Assembly: GCF_009914755.1 (NCBI RefSeq)
Contig: NC_060933.1
Source of the DNA: the human T2T-CHM13v2.0 reference genome, Homo sapiens
Length of the DNA: 64,000 nt
Reading direction: 5' to 3' (one strand)
The notes beneath the pieces are model-generated. The model did no database searches. It was not told the DNA's origin and saw only the letters and a list, made by a program, of their open reading frames with translations. The number at the start of each line of letters is the position of its first letter. The first letter of the stretch is position 1. This document shows positions 55,301 through 64,000 of this stretch, one piece after another. A program made the translations under genes and the position numbers.

Positions 55301-58300
55301 ATTCTATTCAACTGCCTTACTCTCCATTACATTCCATTCCATTCGGGTTGTTCCATTCCATTCCATTCCATTCCACTCCATTCCATTGCACTCGGGTTGA
55401 TTCCATTCCATTCCATTCAGGATGATTCCATTCCATTGCATTCCGTTCCATTACATTCCCCTGCACTCGGGTTGATTCCATTCCATTCCATTCCATTCCA
55501 TTCGATTCCATTCCATTCCAATTCTTTCCATTCCATTCTATTCCGTACCATTCCATTCCATTCCATACAATTCCATTCCGTTCCATTCCACTCCGTTCCG
55601 TTCCGTTCAGTTCCGTTCCGTTCCGTTCCATTCCTTTCCATTCCATTCTATTCGGTTTAATTCCATTCCATTCCATTCCATTCCATTCTATTCCATTCCA
55701 TTGCAATCGAGTTGAATCCATTGCATTCCATTACATTCCATTCCATTCCATTCCTTTCCATTCCGGAAGATTCCATTCCATTGCATTCCATTCCATTGCA
55801 TTCCGTTCCATTCCATTCCATTCCATTCCATTCCATTCCATTCCATTCCATTGTACTCGGGTTGATTCCATTCCATTGCATTCCATTGCATTCCATTCCA
55901 TTCCATTCCATTCCGTTCCATTCCATTCCATTCCATTCGGATTGATTCTTTTCAACTCCCTTACTCTCCATTCCATTCCATTCCATTCGGGTTGTTCCAT
56001 TCCATTCCATTCCATTCCACTCCATTCCATTGCACTCGGGTTGATTCCATTCCATTCCATTCCATTCCATTCCGGATGATTCCTTTCCATTGCATTCCGT
56101 TCCATTACATTCCCCTGCACTCGGGTTGATTCCATTCCATTCCATTCCATTCGATTCCATTCCATTCTCCTGCACTCGCGTTGATTCCATTCCATTCCAT
56201 TCCATTCCATTCCATTCCATTCCATTCCATTCCTTTCCATTCCAGTCCTTTCCATTCCATTCCACTAGGGTTGATTCCATTCTATTATTTTCCATTCCAT
56301 TCCGTTCCCTTCCATTCCACTCTGGTTGATTCCATTCCTTTCCATTCCTCTCGAATACATTCCCTCCTATTCCACTCGGAACGATTCCATTCCATTCCAT
56401 TCCATTCCATTCCATTCCATTCCATTCCATTCCATTTCGTTCCATTCCATCCTATTCCGTATCATTCCATTCCATTCCATTCCATTCCATTCCATTCCAT
56501 TCCATTCCACTCGTGTTGATTCCATTCCTTTCCATTCCATTCGGGTTGAAGGCATTCCATTCCATTCCATTCCATTCCGTTCCATTCCATTCCATTACAT
56601 TCGGATTGATTCTATTCAATTCCCTTACACTCCATTACATTCCATTCCATTCGGGTAGTTTCCATTCCATTCCATTCCATTCCTCTCCATTCCATTGCAC
56701 TCGGGTTGATTCCATTCCATTCCATTCCATTCCATTCCATTCCGGATGATTCCATTCCATTGCATTCCGTTCCATTACATTCCCCTGCACTCGCGTTGAT
56801 TCCATTCCATTCCATTCCATTCCATTGAATTCCATTCCATTACAATTCCTTCCATTCCATTCTATTCCGTACCATTCCATTCCATTCCATACCATTCCAT
56901 TGCATTCCATTCCATTCCATTCCATTCCATTCCACTCCATTCCAGTCCTTTCCATTCCATTCCAACCAGGTTGATTCCATTCTATTCCTTTCCATTCGAT
57001 CTCTTTCCATTGCAATCGAGTTGATTCCATTGCTTTGCATTCCATTCCATTCCATTCCATTCCGGATGATTCCATTCCATTGCATTCCATTCCATTCCAT
57101 TCCCCTGCACTCGGGTTGAATCCATTCCATTCCACTCCATTCCGTTCCATTCCATTCCATTCCATTCCATTCCATTGTATTCGGGTTAATTCCATTCCAT
57201 TCCATTCCATTCCATTCCATTCCATTCCATTACAATCGAGTTGATTCCATTCCATTCCATTCCATTCCATTCCAGTCCTTTCCATTCCATTCCACTCGGG
57301 TTGATTCCAATCTATTAGTTTCCATTCCATTCCATTCCCTTCCATTCCTCTCTGGTTGATTCCATTCCTTTCCATTCCACTCGAATACTTTCCCTCCTAT
57401 TCCACTCCGAACGATTCCATTCCATTCCATTCCATTCCATTCCATTCCGTTCCATTCCATTCCATTACATTCGGATTGATACTATTCAATTCCCTTACAC
57501 TCCAGTACATTCCATTCCATTCGGGTAGTTTCCATTCCATTCCATTCCATTCCTCTCCATTCCATTGCACTCGGGTTGATTCCACTCCATTGCATTCCAT
57601 TCCATTCCATTCAATTCCATTCCGTTCCATTCCATTCCATTACATTCGGATTGATTCTATTCAACTCCCTTACTCTCCATTACATTCCATTCCATTCGGG
57701 TTGTTCCATTCCATTCCATTCCATTCCACTCCATTCCATTGCACTCGGGTTGATTCCGTTCCATTCCATTCCATTCCATTCCATTCCGGATGATTCCATT
57801 CCATTACATTCCGTTCCATTACATTCCCCTGCACTCGGGTTGATTCCATTCCATTCCATTCCATTCCATTCCATTCCATTCCATTCCAATTCTTTCCATT
57901 CCATTCTATTCCGTACCATTCCATTCCATTCCATACAATTCCATTCCATTCCATTCCATTCCGTTCCGTTCCGTTCCGTTCCGTTCCGTTCCATTCCATT
58001 CCATTCCATTCTATTCGGGTTAATTCCATTCCGTTCCATTCCATTCCATTCTATTCCATTCCATTGCAATCGAGTTGAATCCATTGCATTCCATTCCATT
58101 CCATTCCGGAAGATTCCATTGCATTGCATTCCATTCCATTCCATTCCCCTGCACTCGTGTTGATTCCATTCCATTCCATTCCATTCCATTCCATTCCGAT
58201 CCGTTCCATTCCATTCCATTCCATTCCATTCCATTCCATTCCGTTCCGTTCCGTTCCATTCCATTCCATTCCATTCTATGCGGGTTAATTCCATTCCATT

Positions 58301-60320
58301 CCATTCGATTGCAATCGAGTTGATTCCATTCCATTCCATTCCATTCCATTCCATTCCATTCCATTCCATTCCTTTCCATTAAATTACGTATGATTCCATT
58401 CCAGTTTATTCCATTCCATTCCATTCCATTCCTTTCCATTAAATTACGTATGATTCCATTCCATTTTATTCCATTCCATTCCATTCCCCTGTACTCTGGT
58501 TGATTCCATTCCATTCCATTCCAATCCATGCCATTCCACTCGTGTTGATTCCATTCTTTCCATTCCATTCAAGTTGAATCCATTCCATTGCATTCCATTC
58601 CATTCGATTCCATTCGATTGCACTCGGGTTGATTCCATGGCATTGCATTTCATTCCATTCCATTCCATTCCTTTCCATTCCATTCCATTCCATTCGGATT
58701 CATTCTATTCAATTCCCTTACACTCCATTACATTCCATTCCCTTCGGGTAGTTTCCATTCCATTCCATTCCATTCCTCTCCATTCCATTGCACTCGGGTT
58801 GATTCCATTCCATTCCATTCCATTCCATTCCATTCCATTCCGGATGATTCCATTCCATTGAATTCCATTCCATTCCATTCCCCTGCACTTGGGTTGATTC
58901 CATTCCATTCCATTCCATTCCTTTCTGTTCCATTCCATTCCATTCCATTCCATTCCATTCTATTCGTGTTAATTCCATTCCATTCTATTCCATTCCATTC
59001 CATTGAAATCGAGTTGATTCCATTCCATTCCATTCCATTCCATTCCATTCCATTCCGGATGATTCCATTGCATTGCATTCCATTCCATTCCATTCCCCTG
59101 CACTCGGGTTGATTCCATTCGATTCCATTGCATTACATTCCGTTCCATTCCGTTCCATTTCATTCTATTCGGGTTAATTCCATTCCATTGCATTCCACTC
59201 CATTCCAGTCCTTTCCATTCCATTCCACTCGGGTTGATTCCATTCTATTCCTTTCCATTCCATTCCATTCCATTGCAATCGAGTTGATTCCATTCGAGTT
59301 GAATCCATTCCATTCCATTCCATTCCATTGCACACGGGTTCATTCCATTCCATTCCATTCCATTCCATTCCATTCCATTCCATTCCATTTCATTCCATTC
59401 CATTCTATTCCGTACCATTCCATTCCATCCCATTACATTCCGTTCCATTCCATGCCATTACACTCGGGTTGATTCCATTCCTTTCCATTCCATTCTTGTT
59501 GAATCCATTCCATTCCATTCCATTCCATTCGAATCCATTCCATTGCACTCGGGTTGATTCCATTCCATTCCATTCCATTCCATTTCATTCCATTCCATTC
59601 CATTACATTCGGATTGATTCTATTCAATTCCCTTACACTCCATTACATTCCATTCCATTCGGGATGTTTCCATTCCATTCCATTCCATTCCACTCCATTC
59701 CATTGCATCAGGTTGATGGCATTCCATTCCATTCCATTCCATTCCGGATGATTCCATTCCATTGCATTCCATTCCATTCCATTCCCCTGCACTCGGGTTG
59801 ATTCCATTCCATTCCATTCCATTCCATTCCATTCCGTTCCATTCCATTCCATTCCATTCTATTCTGGTTAATTCCATTCCATAACATTCGATTCCATTCC
59901 ATTCCCTTCCATTCCATTGCAATCGAGTTGATTCCATTCCATTCCATTCCATTCCGTTCCGGATGATTCCATTCCATTCCATTCCATTCCATTCCATTCC
60001 ATTCCCCTGCAGTCGGGTTGATTCCATTCCATTCCATTCCATTCCATTCCATTCCATTCCATTTCGTTCCATTCCATTCCATTCCATTCTATTCGGGTGA
60101 ATTCCATTCCATTCCATTCCATTCCATTCCATTCCATTCCATTCCACTCCATTCTAGTCCTTTCCATTCCATTACACTCGGGTGATTCCATTCTATTCCT
60201 TTCCATTCCATTCCATTGCAATCGAGTTGATTCCATTGCTTTGCATTCCATTCCATTCCATTCCATTCCGGATGATTCCATTCCGTTGCATTCCTTTCCA
60301 TTACATTCCCCTGCACTCGG
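49380..60320. repeat. ~3.5-kb block duplicated at ~7.35-7.46-kb offset (49380-52920 / 56740-60320)
   Basis: Private variants are TGATACTATT (50131 / ~57477), CTATGCGGG (50895 / 58276), TACGTA (50989 / 58385 and 58445), CCATGGC (~51179 / ~58635) and GCATCAGGTTGATGGC (~52249 / ~59705). Confidence 0.88.
58361..58485. repeat. 60-bp tandem duplication
   Basis: CCTTTCCATTAAATTACGTATGATTCCATTCCA(G/T)TTTATTCC occurs twice, 60 bp apart (58371 and 58431). Confidence 0.92.
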
Positions 60321-60409
60321 GTTTATTCCATTCCATTCCATTCCATTACATTCGATTCCATTCCATTCCCCTGCACTCGCGTTGATTCCATTCCATTCCA
60401 TTCCATTCC

Positions 60410-61200
60410 ATTCCATTCCATTCCATTCCTTTCCGTTCCATTCCATTCCATTCCATTCCGTTCCGTTCCATTCCATTCCATTCCATTCTATTCGCGTTAA
60501 TTCCATTCCATTCCATTCGATTGCAATCGAGTTGATTCCATTCCATTCCATTCCATTCCATTCCATTCCATTCCATTCCATTCCTTTCCATTCCATTACG
60601 GATGATTCTATTCCATTGCATTCCATTCCATTCCATTCCCCTGTACTCGGGTTGATTCCATTGCATTCCATTCCATTCCATTCCCCTGCAGTTGGGTTGA
60701 TTCCATTCCATTCCATTCCATTCCATTCCATTCCATTCCGTTCCGTTCCGTTCCGTTCCATTCCATTCCATTCCATTCTATTCGGGTTAATTCCATTCCA
60801 TTCCATTCCATTCCATTCCTTTCCGTTCCATTCCATTCCATTCCATTCCATTCCGTTCCGTTCCATTCCATTCCATTCCATTCTATTCGCGTTAATTCCA
60901 TTCCATTCCATTCGATTGCAATCTAGTTGATTCCATTCCATTCCATTCCATTCCATTCCATTCCATTCCATTCCATTCCATTCCATTCCATTACGGATGA
61001 TTCTATTCCATTGCATTCCATTCCATTCCATTCCCCTGTACTCGAGTTGATTCCATTGCATTCCATTCCATTCCATTCCCCTGCAGTCGGGTTGATTCCA
61101 TTCCATTCCATTCCATTCCATTCCATTCCATTCTGTTCCGTTCCGTTCCATTCCATTCCATTCCATTCTATTCGGGTTAATTCCATTCCATTCCATTCCA
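60410..61200. repeat. ~390-395-bp tandem duplication
   Basis: The private variants TTCGCGTTAA (60491 / 60886) and GATGATTCTA (60601 / 60996) are repeated, with the same downstream module order. Confidence 0.88.
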
Positions 61201-64000
61201 TTCCTTTCCATTCCATTCCAATCGAGTTGATTCCATTCCATTCCATTCCATTCCATTCCATTCCATTCCAGTCCTTTCCATTCCATTCCACTCGGGTTGA
61301 TTCCATTCTATTCGTTTCCATTCCATTCCATTCCCTTCCATTCCACTCTGGTTGATTCCATTCCTTTCCATTCCACTCGAATACATTCCCTCCTATTCCA
61401 CTCGGAACTATTCCATTCCATTCCATTCCATTCCATTCTATTCCATTTCGTTCCATTCCATTCTATTCCGTATCATTCCATTCCATTCCATTCCATTCCA
61501 TTCCATTCCACTCGTGTTGATTCCATTCCTTTCCATTCCATTCGGTTTGAAGGCTTTCCATTCCATTCCATTCCATTCCATTCCATTCCATTGTACTCGG
61601 GTTGATTCCATTCCATTGCATTCCATTCCATTCCATTCCATTCCAATCCATTGCATTCCATTCCATTACATTCGGATTGATTCTATTCAACTCCCTTAGT
61701 CTCCATTACATTCCATTCCATTCGGGTTGTTCCATTCCATTCCATTCCATTCCACTCCATTCCATTGCACTCGGGTTGATTCCATTCCATTCCATTCCAT
61801 TCCATTCCATTCCGGATGATTCCATTCCACTGCAATCCGTTCCATTACATTCCCCTGCACTCGCGTTGATTCCATTCCATTCCATTCCATTCCATTCCAT
61901 TCCGTTCCGTTCCATTCCATTCCATTCCATTCTATTTGGGTTAATTCCATTCCATTCCATTCGATTGCAATCGAGTTGATTCCCTTCCATTCCATTCCAT
62001 TCCATTCCATTCCATTCCATTCCTTTCCATTACATTACGGATGATTCCATTCCATTGCATTCCATTCCATTCCATTCCCCTGTACTCGGGTTGATTCCAT
62101 TCCATTCCATTCCAATCCATGCCATTCCACTCGTATTGATTCCATTGTTTCCATTCCATTCAAGTTGAATCCATTCCATTGCATTCCATTCCATTCGATT
62201 CCATTCGATTGCACTCGGGTTGATTCCATTCCATTGCATTCCATTCCATTCCATTCCATTCCATTCCATTCCATTCCATTCCATTCCGTTCCATTCCATT
62301 CCATTACATTCGCATTGATTCTATTCAATTCCCTTACACTCCATTACATTCCATTCCTTTCGGGTAGTTTCCATTCCATTCCATTCCATTCCTCTCCATT
62401 CCATTGCACTCGGGTTGATTCCATTCCATTGCATTCCATTCCATACCATTCAATTCCATTCCGTTCCATTCCATTCCATTACATTCGGATTGATTCTATT
62501 CAACTCCCTTACTCTCCATTACATTCGATTCCATTCGGGTTGTTCCATTCCATTCCATTCCATTCCACTCCATTCCATTGCACTCAGGTTGATTCCATTC
62601 AATTCCATTCCATTCCATTCCATTCCATTCCATTCCGGAAGATTCCATTCCATTGCATTCCATTCCATTCCATTCCCCTGCACTCACGTTGATTCCATTG
62701 CATTCCATTCCATTCCATTCCATTCAATTCCTTTCTGTTCCGTTCCATTCCATTCCATTCCATTCCATTCCATTCCGTTCCGTTCTGTTCCATTCCATTC
62801 CATTCCATTCTATTCGGGTTAATTCCATTCCATTCCATTCGATTGCAATCGAGTTGATTCCTTGCCATTCCATTCCATTCCATTCCATTCCATTCCATGC
62901 CTTTCCATTCCATTACGGATGATTCCATTCCATTGCATTCCATTCCATTGCTTTCCCCTGTACTCGGGTTGATTCCATTCCATTCCATTCCAATCCATGC
63001 CATTCCACTCGTGTTGATTCCATTCTTTCCATTCCATTCAAGTTGAATCCATTCCATTGCTTTCCATTCCATTCCATTCCCCTGTAGTCGGGTTGATTCC
63101 ATTCCATTCCATTCCATTCCATTCCATTCCATTCCATTCCGTTCCGTTCCGTTCCGTTCTGTTCCATTCCATTCCATTCCATTCTATTCGGGTTAATTCC
63201 ATTCCATTCCATTCCATTCATTCCATTCCATTCCATTCCATTCCAATCGAGTTGATTCCATTCCATTCCATTCCATTCCATTCCACTCCATTCCAGTCCT
63301 TTCCATTCCATTCCACTCGGGTTGATTCCAATGTATTCCTTTCCATTCCATTCCATTCCATTGCAATCGAGTTGATTCCATTGCTTTGCATTCCATTCCA
63401 TTCCATTCCATTCCGGATGACTCCATTCCATTGCATTCCATTCCATTGCATTCCCCTGCACTCGGGTTGATTCCATTCCGTTCCACTCCATTCCGTTGCA
63501 TTCCATTCCATTCCATTGTATTCGGGTTAATTCCATTCCATTCCATTCCATTCCATTCCATTCCATTCCAATCGAGTTGATTCCATTCCATTCCATTCCA
63601 TTCCATTCCATTCCATTCCAGTCCTTTCCATTGCATTCCACTCGGGTTGATTCCATTCTATTAGTTTCCATTCCATTCCATTCCCTTCCATTCCACTCTG
63701 GTTGATTCCATTCCTTTCCATTCCACTCGAATACATTCCCTCCTATTCCACTCGGAACGATTCCATTCCATTTCATTCCATTCCATTCCATTCCATTCCA
63801 TTCCATTCCGTTTTGTTCCATTACATTCTATTCCGTATCATTCCATTCCATTCCATTCCATTCCATTCCATTCCATTCCATTCCATTCCACTCGTGTTGA
63901 TTCCATTCCTTTCCATTCCATTCGGTTTGAAGGCTTTCCATTCCATTCCATTCCATTCCATTCCATTCCATTCCATTGTACTCGGGTTGATTCCATTCCA

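Larger units (their letters stand above)
1703..62646. promoter_or_regulatory. Dispersed set of perfect 3-unit heat-shock elements (nTTCnnGAAnnTTCn), candidate HSF1 sites
   Basis: 15-mers start at 1703, 3320, 6292, 10382, 17935, 19703, 20511, 22178, 23056, 24210, 26900, 28857, 30390, 31938, 32746, 34478, 35311, 36154, 37707, 39401, 40329, 42775, 43409, 44077, 45760, 46415, 47847, 50762, 53543, 55760, 58103 and 62632. The copy at 41002 has its third unit broken (ATTGC). The motif match is seen directly. Binding is inferred. Confidence 0.6.
53040..63900. repeat. ~1.7-kb block duplicated at ~9.04-9.10-kb offset (53040-54780 / 62080-63900)
   Basis: Shared variants are CTCGTATTGATTCCATTGTTT (~53096 / ~62130), TACATTCGATTCCATTCGGG (53421 / 62520), ACTCACGTTG (53593 / 62682) and CATTGCTTTCC (~53986 / ~63055). 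ORF offsets are 9069-9099. Confidence 0.85.
1..64000. repeat. Human Satellite III (HSat3) array, (CATTC)n on + / (GGAAT)n on -, no polarity switch
   Basis: Uninterrupted ATTCC pentamers from end to end, broken every ~20-80 bp by in-register 10-mers (ACTCGGGTTG, AATCGAGTTG, ATTCGGGTTA, ACTCGCGTTG, ACTCGTGTTG). The reverse complement CAAC(C/A)CGAGT is the classical SatIII terminator. The long pure ATTCC runs are unlike the short diverged unit of HSat2. Confidence 0.97.

Noticed and set aside
59868-61286. Long ORFs such as the 472-aa minus-strand MEWNG repeat, and all other ORFs in the track
   Set aside because: (GGAAT)n and (ATTCC)n have no stop codons in any frame and the G-rich strand has an ATG every 5 bp, so overlapping low-complexity ORFs arise in all six frames. 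There is no domain, codon or gene-structure evidence.
1-64000. CRISPR-like repeat-spacer array
   Set aside because: The spacers are a small recurring family rather than unique sequences, repeat lengths vary, there are no cas genes, and the DNA is primate satellite.
1-64000. Single regular higher-order repeat such as DYZ1 (~3.6 kb) or D15Z1 (~1.8 kb)
   Set aside because: Marker spacings are irregular (e.g. AATGTATTCC gaps from 1568 to 17995 bp). Only local duplications are supported.
1-64000. Inversion, or L1/Alu/ERV/unique-sequence insertion
   Set aside because: I saw no (GGAAT)n run, poly(A) tail or non-satellite stretch longer than a few pentamers on the + strand.
1-64000. G-quadruplex or telomere-like motifs (GGGTTA, GGGTTG)
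   Set aside because: GGG tracts are isolated and tens of bases apart, and GGGTTA is never tandem.

Overview
The whole 64 kb is one continuous, single-orientation array of classical human Satellite III (HSat3; (CATTC)n on +, (GGAAT)n on -), punctuated by the ACTCGGGTTG / CAACCCGAGT terminator family. It is human or great-ape pericentromeric heterochromatin and resembles the chr9q12-type SatIII that seeds nuclear stress bodies, but I cannot prove the locus. I found no credible genes, RNA genes, transposons or unique-sequence islands. All ORFs in the track are pentamer artefacts (MEWNG / IPFHS). The informative signal is in the internal structure. (1) By manual count, 32 perfect three-unit heat-shock elements (nTTCn-nGAAn-nTTCn, mostly ATTCC-GGAAG-ATTCC) plus one broken copy are created by single in-register GAA pentamers. 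They are unevenly spread, with only one between 6.3 and 17.9 kb. (2) Eight of these sites are followed on the G-rich strand by AATAAA. (3) A fixed vocabulary of spacer modules is shuffled into a mosaic without one regular higher-order repeat. It includes an exact 175-bp heterodimer, a ~1-kb ABAAB sub-array, and nested duplications of 60, ~395, ~640, 1553, ~2570 and ~7400-9100 bp. All counts and boundaries were read by eye and need computational confirmation.
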